A DNA stretch of 64,000 nt, taken from Vicugna vicugna (taxonomy: Eukaryota). Position 1 is the first letter of the stretch; each line of letters begins with the position of its first letter. Both the position numbers and the translations under genes were made by a program. The notes under the pieces were generated by a model, which saw only the letters and a list, made by a program, of their open reading frames with translations, was not told the DNA's origin and made no database searches. The DNA lies in assembly GCA_013265495.1 (NCBI GenBank), contig MU058824.1, positions 5,296,691 through 5,360,690 of the forward strand. The letters are read 5' to 3'. This document shows positions 34,186 through 54,995 of this stretch, one piece after another.

Positions 34186-35055
34186 CGTGAGGTGGGCAGC
34201 CTCTGAGATGGCTCCCATCAAGCTCTGCCTTCTGACACTCGTGGCATCCTATAACCTCCTCCCCTTCGGTACCTTGCTTTTGGCCAATAGATTACAGCAG
34301 CATTGAGGAGTATCGCTTTCCATGATTAGGTTACTTCTATCTTGTTAACAACTCTATTGCCTTCTTGGTGTGCACACTTTTTATGAAGTAAACTGCCATG
34401 TTGGAGAGGTCCACATGGCAAGGCACTGAAGGTGGCCTGTGACAAACAACCAGTGAGGAAAAGAAGGTCTTAGTCCAGAAAAGCCTGAGGAACTGATTTA
34501 TGCCAACAACTACTAAGTGAGCTTGGAAGCAGATCCCCAGTTGAAACTTTGGATATCAGACCCTGGGCTGATACTTTGATTTTGGCCTTATAAGAGACTA
34601 TGCGGTGGAGGATCCAGAATCCAAAAATCCATGTCTGGATTCTTGACCCACAGACGCCATGAGATAATAAATATGTGCTGTTGTTTTTTTTTTAAGTGGA
34701 ACTTGGGGAGAGAGGGACTAGAGATAAGCAAATTAAATGTGCAAATTTTAACCAGAAGACCTTAACATTTTCAAACGAAAATTATACCAGAATTCTCTCT
34801 CTTGATTCTCACAACAGTTCTCAAAGGTAGGCAGGTAAATAAAATGTTATTTGATGAATGAATGGGTGAGAATTATTATGCCTGCTTTATAGATAAGGAA
34901 ACAGAGGCTCAGAGACCAAGTATTTTGTCAAGAGCTAAATGACTAGTAAGTAGCAAAATAAAGACTAGAGCTTAGTTTTTAAAAAAAAAAATATGTGCTG
35001 TTATAACTGCCTAAGTTTTGGGGTAGTTTGTCATGCAGCAATAGTAATAGAGACA
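34186..35055 (+). mobile_element. MLT1 (MaLR) LTR split by a ~300 bp insert
   Basis: Begins GGTGGGCAGCCTCTGAGATGGCTCCC and ends CTAAGTTTTGGGGTAGTTTGTCATGCAGCAATAG...ACA, typical MLT1 termini. Confidence 0.75.
34683..34988 (+). mobile_element. Retroposed poly(A)-tailed fragment containing MIR-like sequence
   Basis: Flanked by AAATATGTGCTGTT (34669-34682 and 34989-35002). AATAAA at 34957-34962 and A-tract from 34981. Confidence 0.65.
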
Positions 35056-35164
35056 GGAAGTGGGGAAGCTCTGATAAATTCCAGGGCTCTCGATGTATGC
35101 ACTGAAGTTACGGCAAAGGCCTTGGACGCAACATTCCTGTGCCTCACCAGCTCTGTGGGGAAGG

Positions 35165-38100
35165 ATGTGTTCAAATCCTTTACTCTTTTTAAAAATGGGT
35201 TGTTTGCTTTCTTATTGCTGGGTCTTAAGAGTTCTTTATATATTCTGGATATGAGTCCTTTCCCAGATGTATGATGTACAAATATTTTTTCCCACTATGT
35301 GACTTACATTCTCATTCTCTTAACATTGTCTTTCAGAGGGCAGATGTTTAAAATTTTTAATGAAGTACAACTTATCGATTTATGGATCATACTTTTGGAG
35401 TTATATCTAAGAACTCTTTGCCTAACTTGTGTTCATGGGGTTTCTTCTATAAATTTATTTTAACTTTCTTTTTTTAAAAAATTTATTTATATTTATTTAT
35501 TTACTTTTTAACTGAAGTACAGTCAGTTACAATGTGTCAGTTTCCGGTGTACAGCAGTGTCCCAGTTATGCATATACATACATATATTCATTTTCATATT
35601 CTTCTTCATTAAAGGTTATTACAAGATATTGAACATAGTTGCCTGTGCTATACAGAAGAAAATTTTTTTAAATCTGTTTTTTATATATAGTGGCTAACAT
35701 TTGCAAATCTCAAACTCCCAAATTTATCCCTTTCCACCCCCTTTCCCCAGTAACCGTAAGACTGTTTACTATGTCTGTGAGTCTGTTTCTGTTTTGTAGG
35801 TGAGTTTATAGTGTCCTTTTTCTTCTTTTTTTTTTAGATTCCACATATGAGTGATATCATATGATATTTTTCTTTCTCTTTCTGGCTTCACTTAGAATGA
35901 TGATCTTTAGGTCCATCCACGTTGCTACATATGGTATTATTTTATTCTTTTTATGGCTGAGTAGTATTCCATTATGTAAATATACCACAACTCCTTTATA
36001 CAGTCATCTGTCGATGGACATTTAGGTCGCGTCCATGTCTTGGCTATTGTAAATAGTGCTGCTCTGAACATTGGAGTGCATGTATCTTTTCAAATTAGAT
36101 TTCCCTCTAGATATATACCCAGGAGTACGATTGCTGGATCATATGGTAAGTTTACTTTTAGTTTTTTGAGACATCTCCATACTGTTTTTCATAATGGATT
36201 CACCAAACTACATTCCCACCAGCAGTGTAGGAGGGTTCCTTTTTCTATAAACCCTTTCCAGCATTTATCATTCGTGGACTTTTGAATGATGGCCATTCTG
36301 ACTGGTGTGAGGTGATACCTCATTATAGTTTTGATTTGCATTTCTCTGATAATTAGTGATATTGAGCATTTTTTTTCATATGTCTATTGGCCATTTGTAT
36401 GTCTTCATTGGAGAACTGCTTGTTTAGGTCTTCTGCCCATTTTTGGATTGGGTTGTTTGTTTTTTTGTTATTAAGTTGTGTGAGCTGTTTATATATTCTG
36501 GAAATTAAGCCTTTGTCAGTCGCATCATTTGCAAATATTTTCTCCCACTTTACATTCAATCTGTGATCTATTTTGAATATATTTTTGTATGTATTGTGAA
36601 AAAGGATTGCAATTCATTTTCTTGGGTATTGATAACCAATTATTCCAGCACCATTTGTTGAAATGATTTTGCTCCTTTGCTGAAAACCATCTGTCTGTAC
36701 ATGAATGGGTCTATGTCTAGATTCTCTGTTCTGTTTCATTGATATATTTAAGCCAATACCACACTGTCTTGATTGCTGTTGCTTTATAGTAAGTCACTTA
36801 GTATATTATACTCACTTAGTATTACTCCTCAAACTTTATTCTTTTGTAAAGTTTTTTTTGCTTTTTTGGATCCTGTGTATTTCCACATGAATTTTAGAAT
36901 GAGCCTGTTGATTTCTTAAAAAAAACTTGCTGTGATTTTTTATTGGGATTGATTTTAATGTGTAAATCAGTTAGGGAGAGGTGACATAATAATATTGGGT
37001 CTTCTCACTCATGGACACAGTATATCTCTCTATTTTTAAAGATCTTTTAAAATTTCTGTCAATAATGTTTTAAAGATGCAGTGGATTCTTACATTTTTGC
37101 TATATTTATCCTTAACTATTTCATGTTTATGCTATTTTCAATGGTATTGATTTTTTAAAAATATAATTTCCATCTGTTAATTATCAGTATACAGAAGTAC
37201 AAGTGAATCTGTATATCAGCTTTATATCTTACAACCTTGCTAAATTCACTTATATTCTAATAGCATTTTCCCCCAAATTCCACAGGATTTTGTACATAGA
37301 CAATCATGTCGTTTGTGAATAAGGGCAATTTTTCTTCTTTTTTTCCAACCTGGATGCCTTTCATTTCTTTCCCTTACTTCATAGCCCTTGCTGGGCCCTC
37401 TAGTACAATGTTGAATACAAGTTCTAAAAATAGATATCCTTGTATTGTTACTACTCTTAGAAGACTTTAAGCATCCAGTATCTCACCATTAAGTATGATC
37501 TTAGCATTGGGGTTTTCATAGGTCAGGTGGAAGAATTCCTTTCCTAGTTTGCTGAGATTTGAAAAACTAGGAAAGCATGTTAGATTTTGTCAAATGTTTT
37601 TTCTACATCTGTTGAAATGATCATGTTTTTCTTTTTTAGTTTGTTTATGATGAATGACATCACTATGATGATTTTCAAATGTTAAACCAAATTTGCTTTC
37701 CTGTGATAACCCCACTCGGTCATGATGTATTATCTTTTTTTTTTTTTTGGTTTTAATTTGCTAAAATTTTGCTTAGAAGTTTTGCATCTATACTCATGAG
37801 GGATATTTGTACCCTTTTTTTTCTTGTAATTTCTTTTTCTGGTTTTGGCATCAAGGTAGTGCTGGCCTTATGGAACAAATATTCCCTTCTCTTCAATTTT
37901 ATGAAATAGTTTGTGGAGAATTGGTATTATTTCTTCTTTAACTGTTTGGTAGAAATAATCAATAAAGATCAATAAAGATACCTGGGCCTGGAGTTTTCTT
38001 TGTGGGAAAGTCTTTGACTAAAAATTCAATTTCTTTTTTAGACATAGGGCTACTAAGTTGTTTATTTCTTCTTGAATGAGCCTTAATAGTTTCTGTTTTT

Positions 38101-40335
38101 CAAGGAATTTGTCATTTTCATCTAAGTTGTTGTATTTATTGGTATAAAGTTGTTCATCAATCTTTTGTTATTATTTTATTATCTCTAGGGTTGGTGGAGA
38201 TATCATCTCTTTCATTCCTTGCATTGGTAGTGTCAATTCTCTTTTTGTCCTGGTCATCCTGGCTGAAGTTTATCAATGTTAGATAATCTAAAAGAAACAG
38301 CTTTTGAAATTCTCAATTTTCTCTATTGTATTTCTGTTTTCTATTTCATATATTTCTTTTCTCTTATTTACTTTTTTCTCCTTACTTTGAATTTTACTTG
38401 ATCTTTTTCTCTTGTTTCTTAAGGTAGAAACTGAAATTGTTCATTTGAGATTTTTCCTTTTGAATATACCTGATTAGTGTTATATATATCTCTCTCCCTG
38501 CACCCCACAAATTTTATTCTAACTTTCATTCAAAATATATTTAGAAACTCAGTTTAAAATACTTCTGTCTTTGATTTTCCTTTAACTGGTGATTTGTTTA
38601 GAAGTGTATTATTTGGTTTCCAAATATTTGGTGATTTCCAAATGTATTTCTTAGCTGATTTGTAATTTAATTCCACTGTGATCAGAGGACATATTTTGTA
38701 TAACTTGAATTATTTTAAATTCATTGAGATTTGTATTATGATTCAGAATTTTTAAAATCTTGGTGAATGTCCCTTGTGCTCTTGAAAAAAAATGTATATT
38801 CTGCTGTTATTAGGTAGAACATTCCTATAAATGTCATTTATATAAAGTTTATTAGTAGTATTGTTCAAGCCTTTTATATTTTACTGATTTTCTTTTATTT
38901 GGTCTATCAGTTATTGAGAAAGGGTATTTAAATCTCTGAATATAGCAGTGGATTTATTTCCCCTTCTGTCCTATAAGCTTTCCTTTTATTTATTTTAAAG
39001 CTGTGTTATTAGGAACATTTAGGACTTTTATGTCCTCTTGATTAATTGAGCCATTTATTATTATGAAGTGATAATAATCCTTATTGCTGGTCATACTTTT
39101 TGCTCTGAAATCTTTGTGTAATGTTAATATGGCCACTGCAGCTCTTTTTTAAATTAGAATTAGCATGGCATATATTTTTCTGTTCATTTAACCAGTTAGT
39201 GTCTTTATATTTAAAGTGTGTTTTTTATAGGCAGCCTACAGTTGGGTCTTGCTTTTCCAATCAGACAACGTCTGCCTTTTTATTGAGATGTTTAAACCAC
39301 TTACATTTAATGTTGTTATTGATATGGTTGGGTTTACGTCTGTCATCTTACTACTCATTTTCTGTGTCCTTTGTACCATTTTACTCTTTTTCTGCCTTCT
39401 TTTGGATTGTTTCCTATGATTCCATCTTATCTCATTTGTTGCATTTTCTGTAAATACTTGTTTTGTTATTTTGATGGTTGTGTTACTGTTTATAGTTTAA
39501 CTCTAACTTATTACTGACTACCTTTAAGTGATACTATACCTGTTCATGTATAGTAGACCTTAACAGTAGTATATTTTTATTTCTCCATTCTGTGCCTTTG
39601 TGGTATTGTCATACATTTTGCTTAGACATATATTTAAAAACAATGCGTTATTGTTATTTCTCTTAAAACAGTAAGTTATCTTCAAAGGATATAAATAATA
39701 GGGAAACACATGTTTACTTATGTTCTTACCATTTGTAGTTCATTCCTTTTTATAATTCTTATTCTCATCTGGTATCATCTTCCTTCTGCCTAAATGATTT
39801 TCTTTAAATTTTTTTGTGATCCTTGATGATGAATTCTTTCAGCTTTTGTATGTGTAAAGTCTTTACTTCACATGAAGAAGTAACTTTATTGAGATATACT
39901 TCATTTACCATACAATTCACCCATTTAAAGTTTATAATTCAATACTTTTTGGTATAGTCAGAATTGTGTAACATCACAATATCGATTTCAGAATTTTGCT
40001 ATTACTCCAATAAGAAATCCTGTAGCCATCAGCATACCCCATCCCTGTTTCCTGCTTCCCCTCACTGCCTCTAGGCTTAGGAAACTAATATACTGTTTAT
40101 GTATATTTGCAGTTTCTGGACATTTCATATAAATAGAATAATACAATATGTGGTCTTTTGCAACTGGCTTCTTTCACTTAATATAATTTTTTCATGGTTC
40201 ATCCATGTCGTAGCATATATCAATACTCCATTTCTTTTTATTGCCAAATATTCCATCTTATGGATAGGGCATATTTTTTTTATCCATTCATCAATTGATG
40301 GACAGCTGGATTGTTTCCCTTTTTGGCTATTATAA
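35165..40335 (-). mobile_element. Long antisense L1 ORF2 relic with nested younger L1 3' ends (about 35465-36546 and 39880-40335)
   Basis: Peptide [22 protein letters not shown]...QMANRHMKK in the younger insert, with continuous L1 homology on either side. Confidence 0.85.
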
Positions 40336-40339
40336 CTTT

Positions 40340-41890
40340 CAGTTTAATGGCTAAACTCTTTCATTATCCTACACCTTTATCATATGCTCACCTCCCTTCC
40401 TAGCCAGCCTAAAGTCCATGACCTAGCACTGAAAATGGTCTTTTTAAAAATACCTAAACCCCCTTACTCTTCTTTTTTGTCCATAATTCTTGCTAAGTAA
40501 AACTCACACTCTGGCTAAACTAAATCATCTGTTTAGTTCACACAGCTGCTGAACCTTGCAGGAGAAAATTACTTAACAGTGCTGACTGGACTCATATTTA
40601 CTACCATAAGTCTTAAATGGGCACTTGTACTAACAGATACTTTTTTACTTCCAAGCCAGCCATTTCACACTCCCATTTTATTTACATCTGCACCATCCAG
40701 CCCCCAACACTCAGGTAAGGAACAAATACAATTTTATATAGAAAATAAATACAATTGGAAAAGAAATGTTCTCATTTTCCCCTCACAAATTCTGCCAATA
40801 TTTCTCCTTCTGTATTCTCTGAACTAAACTGCATCAAATATTCCTCTTTCTGTCAGCTTTTTCCTATCTAGATCACTCTTGTCAACATAAAAATGTGCTA
40901 GTACTACCAAATCTAGCGCACACACACGCATAGAAACACAACCTTGAGCCTATATTCTTTCTAGTTACCAAACAAATCTTCTGTTTTTCTTCACAGCAAA
41001 ATTTCTTGAAAGTGTTATCTATCTATATTCATTTGCCCTACTTTTTCACTTCCCATTGTTTGATGAACCTTCTCTATAAACAGGCTTTTTCTCCCACAGC
41101 TCTACTGGAATGAACTTTGTCAGGGTCCTCAAATGACTCATATCTCACCAAAGCCAATAGTTATTTTCTGTCTTCACCTTAATAGACCTTTCATTAGCAT
41201 TTGACACAGTTGACCATTTCCTTTTTCTTGAAACATGTACTTCTTGAAGCTTTTAGAACACCACACTCTCCTTTTTCTTCAAACTCACCATCCATCCCTT
41301 CTGATTTCCTTTGCTGGCTCTTACTCCTCTACCAAACCTCTAAGTGTTAAAGTAACCCTGGATTCTGTCTTTGGCCAGCTTAATTTATACTCCCTCTAAT
41401 TATACTCCCTCAAAAATTTTATCTGTCTACATAGCTTCAATTATGTCTAGCTAGTAACTCTCAAGTTTATATTTCTAGCTGAGATCTACACTCTGACTTC
41501 TAGACCTGTACATCCAGATCCTTACATGATATTTCTGCTTGAAAGTGTAATAAGTACCTCAAATATAATATAGCCAAATATGAAGTATTCACCTCCTACC
41601 TCCCCAAATCCATATTCCTCAGGTCTTCACCCTGTCATTAAATAGTACCATCCATCCTATTCCTCAGGCCAATAATAAACTTGGGATTTTCCTTAATTCT
41701 TTATTTTACATCCACACCGAACATTTAATCCACCAGTATATGTGTTTACAAATATAACCTAAATTGTACAAATTCTTAACAAATCCACTATTAAAAATTC
41801 AATCTAAGCCCCAATTATGTCTAGCTTGAGCTGGGAATAGCATCCTAATGCTCTTGAGCTAGACAGTGTCATCCTAATGGTCTCTTTTCT
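40340..41890 (+). mobile_element. L2 LINE relic
   Basis: Near 41180-41220 the + strand translates LIDLSLAFDTVDH, the L2/CR1 RT motif DLSxAFDTVDH. Pyrimidine-rich. Confidence 0.75.
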
Positions 41891-43109
41891 ATTTTTGCTC
41901 CTATAAGTTGGCTGCTGTGTCCTTTTGATATGTCTTCATTATTTTTTGAGAACTTCTATGCTTTATGGCACAAGATATTCTAGGCTAATCTTATACTTTC
42001 TTTGCCTTAATCTCACAGTTACAGAATATTGAGATTTGTTCTGGCAGACAGTTAACTTACAAGCAGATCAGTAAATCTTTTTTCAAGGATTTTTCTAACC
42101 TTTGTTTGGATGGGATGAGTGTGGCTCTTTTCAAAGTCTAGAGTAGTTTACCCTACAGTGTGGACTTTTTGGAAGGACATCTGAATGCCCATGGTGTTCA
42201 GTAAGTTCTCTCCACTTTGGTCCATTGGATTCCTATGTCTACCAGTACTGAGAAACCTCCACAAATTCCATTCAGCTCACAGCTCTTGCAGCTGTCCTAA
42301 GCTAGATCTTACAGGGTCTCACATGCAGATTATCATTTGGCCAGAGACTTAATGGGCACACTATACATATTTCCATTGCTCCTTTTTTGCACAGCTGCAA
42401 AATGGCTCAATCACCAGAAATGTTGATCCATACTTCAGGAGCACAGCAATATAGCTGTTCTCTGCTTGGGCCTCACCTTCCTGCACTACAGCTTGCAAAG
42501 TGCCCTAGGCAGAAAGCTGGGGCAATTGTGCAGCTTTTCTCACATGTTTCTCCTGTGTAAAGAATCACAGTCCATTGTTGCTTACTGTCCAAACAATTTG
42601 TGCATGTATTTTGCCTAATTTTGTATTTCTTTACAATAGGAGGGCTAATGCTGTCCAGTTACTCCTTTATTATCTGAAGTGGATTCAGCATCTATTCTTT
42701 GTAGAAACTGTGTATGAAATAGAATCCTTAACATGATAATACATACACATACACACATGCCCAAAACATAACACACATACATATTCATACACATAAGTTT
42801 TAAAAATCTTATTGCAAAAGTCAGCAATAGATACATTCTCATTAAAGTCAGGAGTTTGTAAATGCTATAGTAGCCAATACAATTAGAAACAAGAAAAAAG
42901 AATAAAAATTAGAAGAAAAGATATAAAAAATGAATATGTGCAAATGATGGAAACCAAAAGAAATAAACTGAAGAATTTAATCCTGTCTATGAAGTTAATA
43001 AACAGGATTGATCAACATTTATTTTCAATAGCAAAAAATAAAATACATAGGAATAAACCCTAATTAAAATAAAATGGGAATTATAAAAAGATAACTTTAC
43101 AACTCTGTT

Positions 43110-46100
43110 GTGTCTCCCACGTTCAGTCATGATGGAGTAACAGGGTCCACATTTACCCACTATCTGTAACAACCATAGAGCTAGACAAAATATGCGTTGA
43201 CTTTTAAGACGTTAGACATCAAATAACAAATGACAGTGATCACTGAGAGATGGGAAATCAATGCAGTGAGTCCTACAATACTGTCAGCCTACGCTATTTA
43301 CAGCCTAGACAAAGTTCCCAGGCCATAGTTTAAGGAGGAGGAACCCAGGTAGAATTTAGCAATCTGTGAGTTGAGATGATGGGACTAGGAGTCAGAGAAG
43401 GCCAAGGCAGCTAGAATTCTGAGGGCAGATTATCTGAGAAGAAAGGGCTGAACACAGAGAGAACTCTTGAGATCTGAAGAGGGTCCCTCTTTATTGTTCA
43501 GCAGAGCACTGGTTGGTGCATGCATCTGAGAAAAGTATCAGAGGTGGGATTAAAAAAGACACCAGAAAAGATATAAGGTCATAATACCCAGAGATCACAC
43601 ACAGAGGCAGATAGAGTGCCTATTCCAACAGTCAAAGTAGAAAACCTCATAATAAATGGGACATTTGATAGAGTACCAATAAAGGCTTTGTTTCAATAGT
43701 AAGTAAAAATTAATCCTGGACTAAATGTTGATGGGTTCTGCCTAATAAGGCTTTTAAGGAGTACCTGAAATGATTAAGCTGTTTCCAGGTAACTTAACTG
43801 AATTGCAAAGCAAAGCTAAAGAATATTTATAGAGAAAAATGGTGGACTAGGAAACTCCAAGCCCCTGTTCTTCTATGGAAACACTGAAAAATAACCAGAA
43901 ACTGACAACTACAATAACCTTATAAAAATCTCTGGAAAAGAGTCAAAGGTCTATAGCAACCAAGTGAATATTCAATTAATAAAAAGTCACATTCAAAACA
44001 GTAGACTATTTCATGATGTTTTTACTCACTACTGCCCTGCCCCCTCCCCAGTGTGCTGTAGTTTTGGTCTAGAGGAAGTAGCAGCCCAACCCCCAGTTCC
44101 CTCCCTTGAAACAAAGGGAGCAGAGCAGACCTTATTTGAAAGTTATAACCAGCTTGGGGCTGCCTAAGGACGGGTCTCTGTATCCCCTAATTCAGACCTT
44201 AGGCAGAGAGAAGTGGTGGATGCTGCCCATGAAAGTTACAAGGGATCTATAGACTCAGGAGGTCTCCTGGGTCTATAGATCATGGGTAGAGACATAAAAT
44301 AGACCATTGAAGGCCCCAAGGAGAGTCTGAGATGAGATTCTTTGGGAGGCTGAGACATTCAAAAGCAGCCATGTGTATGGGAGAATTGAAAAAGCCATAA
44401 ATAGGCCTAGCCAAGACACCTGTTTAGAAGAAACCTGAGAAGACCTTAAACTTTTCCCTTGAGCTGATCCCTAGGCTCAGAGCGTGCTCAACTAATTGGA
44501 GGACTGCCGCAGCATAGAGCCAGTCTGCAAAGACTGAGTGAGATGATTGCTTTTACAAATGCCCAATCTTCTAAAAAAAATCACAAGGGATGTAAAGAAA
44601 CAGGAGATCACGGCCCATTTAAAGGAAGAAAATAAACCCTCAGAAACTGTCCCTGAGGAAGAATAGGCATTAGACTTACTAAACAAAGACATTAGACCAA
44701 CTCTGCGAAATATGTTCCAATAACCAAAGGAAACAAAGAAATAAATAAAATAAGAAACATCAGGTATGAACAAAATGAGAATGTCAACAAAGAAATAGAA
44801 ATTATAAAAAGCAACTGAATAGAAATTCTGGGAAATACATAAGTGAATGGAAAGATTACTAGAAGGAGATTTGTGTAAGCAGAAGAAATAACCGGTAGGC
44901 TTAAAGATAGGACATTTGAAATGATCAAGTCTGAGGAGTAAAAGAGAAAAGGACTACTTTTCCCCTAAGATCATTAACAAGGCAGATATGTCTGCTCTCA
45001 CCATTTCTATTCAACATTATACTGTATGTTCTAGTCAGTGCAATAAGGTAACAAAGAGAAATAAAAGGCATTCAGATTGGAAAGAAGATGTAAAATTGTC
45101 AGATAACATGTCAGACAACATTATCATTAATTTGGAAAATACTAAAGAATTTACAAAAAATAGCTACAACCAACAAGTGAAGTTAGTAAGATTGCAGCAT
45201 ATAAGATAAATATTCAAATAATTTCTCTTTCTATATACTAGCAACAAACATTAGAAATTAAAATTAAAAAGCAGTATCATTTAGAATAGCATCATAAAAT
45301 TTGAAATAGGGGTTTATTCACAAAATATGTACAAAACTTGCACAAAAAAACTATAGAACATTTCTGAGAGAAATTAGACACACCCTAAAAATGGAGAGAT
45401 GTACCATATCCATGGACCAAAAGACAATATTGTTATGTTGGAGAGGATGTGGAGAAAAGCGAACCCTCCTGTACTATTGGTGGGAATGTAAATTGGTGCA
45501 GCTACTGTGGATAACAGTATGGAAATTTCTCAAAAAACTAAAAATGGAACCTACCATGTGACCCAGCAATTCCACTTTGGAGTATCTATCTGAAATAAAC
45601 AGAAACACTAATTTGAAAAGATACATATAACCCCAGTGTTCATAGCAGTGTTATTTATAATTGCTAAGGTAAGGAAATGGTCTAAGTATCCATCACCAGA
45701 TGAATGGATATAGAAGATGAAATACTACTCAGTCATAAAAAGAATGAAAATTTGCCATTTGCAGCAACATGGATGGACTTGGTGGGCATTATGCTAAGTG
45801 AAATAAGTCAGATAGAGAGCGACAAATACTGTATGATATAACTTATAAGAAGAGTCTAAAAAATACAACAGACTAGTGAATAAAACAAAAAAGCAGACTC
45901 AGAGATGTAGAGAACAAACTAGTGGTTGCTGGTGTGGCAGGTGGAGGGGGAGGGTCAATATAGGAGTAGAGGACTCTCAGAAAGGTTATTATGGGATTAT
46001 ATGAAGTCATGTGTGAAACTTTGGAAAATTGTAAAGCACTATAGAATTTAAAGAATCTTACATTCAATAAAAAAAGTAAAAAAAAATCAAAAGACAGTAT

Positions 46101-46120
46101 TGTTAAGATGTCAAGTCACT
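43110..46120 (+). mobile_element. Old L1 5'/ORF1/ORF2 remnants with a nested L1 3' end (45436-46088)
   Basis: Nested element bounded by AAAAGACAATATTGTTA (45419-45435) and AAAAGACAGTATTGTTA (46089-46105), ending in AATAAA plus an A-rich tail. Confidence 0.75.
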
Positions 46121-47668
46121 CATAGGAATTTTCCCTACATATATACCTATATATGTGTATAAAGATTTATATATATAAGGTTTTATTCAGAGCAGAAGAC
46201 TATACATAACTGAGTATCCCTGAATAGAGAATTGAAGATGAGTTGTGTTATAGTCACAGCCATTTTTAAAAATGGTATGCACAAGATGTATTCAATTACT
46301 AATGAAATAAGAGAGAAAACTGCCTATACTGTACATCCATTTGTAAAGAAAAACATAAAAATCCATTTATTTTTGGCTCAGTTAGACTAGTTTGGAAAGA
46401 TACACAGGAATCTGATAGAAATGACTTTCTCAAGGAAATAAAAATGGGAGATGAAAGACAGGTTGAGGAGACATATTTACTACATACATTATTCTGCCTA
46501 TTGAATTTTGTACCATGTATGTATGCCTACTTAAAAAAATAATTTTGGTGATTGAAATCAATTAAGTGCATCAGTCCTTCATCAAGCAGCCTACTTCTGT
46601 GCCTCCAATCTTTCCCCAGAAGTCCTCCCCAATCTACTTGCCTACACCTCTGTTAGAGATGGATGACATTTCTTGCTGATAAATGCACTTGTGGCCCATT
46701 CCTCAGTGTTCTGCATTTGTTGGTTAATCTCTCTCCCACCTGGAACATACTCCTTTCTCCCACAGCCTGCACTTATAGACCCAAGTCCAGTGTCACTCTA
46801 CCCAGGAGCCCTCTCTCACCACCTTGATCCTCACTATGCTTTCTTTCCTCTGAAATGGGATGTTTGTGACCTGAGCCTAACAAATGAATATAGGATTCCA
46901 TTTGTTTTGGATGGTTGGTTCTTGTTTTGTGTGAATTAGTCTTATCTTGGAAACTGGATTGTCTTGAGAACAGAAAGGCAACATGACTCAAATGACTTTG
47001 TACTCTTGACATTGCCTGGGTTAAGACTGAGCATAGATTGAGGGTCACCATGCCAGATGAGTGGAAGACTGGGTGCTGTAGGAAGGACCAAGGATTTTGA
47101 GCTTAAGGATTTCTGGCTGTGAGACCACTGTCACCAGGGAAAGACTTTTCTAAGGAAATTCAGAAATCTTAGAGTGTTAGAGAAATGTGACAATATCCAC
47201 AGAGGTAAGGCAGGTAACATAAATGTGTAAATAAATGGGCAGACTATAGGAGCCCTGGTGATTAATTAGAAAACAACTGGCTTGCTTAAACTTTTTTAAA
47301 AAATCCAAGTTAATAAAAACAATAAAACAAGCAAATAAAAAAACTTCCTTTTTTCCAAACAGCAAACATCCAGAGTAGATGAGTAGATGTAACCACAATC
47401 AGCAACTACTTTATGACCTTAAGTTAGAAGTGCCCACTAACCCATCTCTGCAGGTACTCATCTCCATGAGCAGACAGAATTCTGTAACATGGTAAAAACA
47501 GCTCTAGAAAACCACCTCTTAAAAGAGCTCCATACAAAAGTCTCATTAGTGTGTCTTGGTGGAAGGCAGTGTTTATAATCTCTTTTCACCCATCTGCAAG
47601 CTTAAGGTCACATGGTCTGTGAGGCATTCCTTCCTGACTCCCATAGTGTCATTTAAAGATGCTACCAC

Positions 47669-48322
47669 TTTAGACTCTTTAAAAAACTAAAAATAGACTT
47701 ACCATATGATCCAACAGTGCCATTCCTGGGCTTATATCCAGAGGGAACTCTAACTCAAAAAGATACATGTACCCCAGTGTTCACGCAGCACTATTCACAA
47801 TAGCCAAGACATAGAAATAACCTAAATGTCCATTAACAGATGATTGGATAAAGGAGTTGTGGTATAGTTATACAATGGAATACTACTCAGCCATAAAAAA
47901 GAATAAAACAATGCCATTTGCAGCAATATAGGTGAACTGGAGATCAAAATTCTAAGTGAAGTTAGAAAGAGAAAGAAAAGTACTATATCACTTATGTGTG
48001 GAATCTAAAAAAAACACAAATGAACTTATTTACAGAACAGAAACAAACTCACAGACACAGAAAACAAAATTATGGTTACCAGAGGGGAAGGGGAGAAAGG
48101 GATAAATTGGGAGTTCAAGATTTTCAGATAGTAACTACTATATATAAAACTGATTAACAATAAGCTTATACTGTATAGCACAGGGAACTATAGTCAATAT
48201 CTTATAGTAACCTATAATAAAAAAGAATATGAAAAGGAATATATGTATGTGTATGTATGACTGAAACACTATGCTATACACCAGAAATGATGCAACATTG
48301 TGAACTGACTACAATAAAAAAA
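47669..48322 (+). mobile_element. 5'-truncated L1 3' end about 600 bp upstream of the long gene
   Basis: L1 3' homology, poly(A), and flanking repeats AAAGATGCTACCAC (47655-47668) / AAAGATGATACCAC (48323-48336). Confidence 0.85.
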
Positions 48323-48926
48323 AAAGATGATACCACCTTGGCCTTTCCCTGCCACATCAGCCATGGCCCCCTTTATGCACCTCTGATTTCCCATCACCCA
48401 TTGCCTGTAATATTGAAGCACTCCATTCTCAAGCCATAACCAGACTCTGCCATCCCTAAACTTGTGTGTGCTTCTCGGATATATATTCCAGGTGGGGGAG
48501 TTGATAGAGGTTCCTCTGCCCCAGCCATTCTTCCTCAAAAGGTACCCTGTGTCCCTAAACACTCAGTTTTCTAGGGATGAGTGACTAGAGATAGCTGTTG
48601 TGAAGAGCCAAGCCATCAGGCTGGTGGAGGGTGTGGAGAGTGAAGACAAAGTGGGAGCACAGACACTCCCTGTTAGTGGCATCTTCAGTCCTTACAGACA
48701 ACCAGACATCCTCATCTACAGACTGGATCACCACATGAGTTTCCCTAGACAGATGGAGGTCTTTGACACCACCTCTTATGAAACAGGAGGGCTTTGTGAT
48801 GCAGTCTGCTGGCCTGGTTCCGTCATCTGTGAGGCGGAGACAACAAGCATTGGGAGTCATTAGGCACCAGAACCTTGAATGCCTACATAGAGGGATGGTT
48901 GGTCTCCTTGTGCTAATAAGGTTTAG

Positions 48927-54995
<6,069 letters not shown>

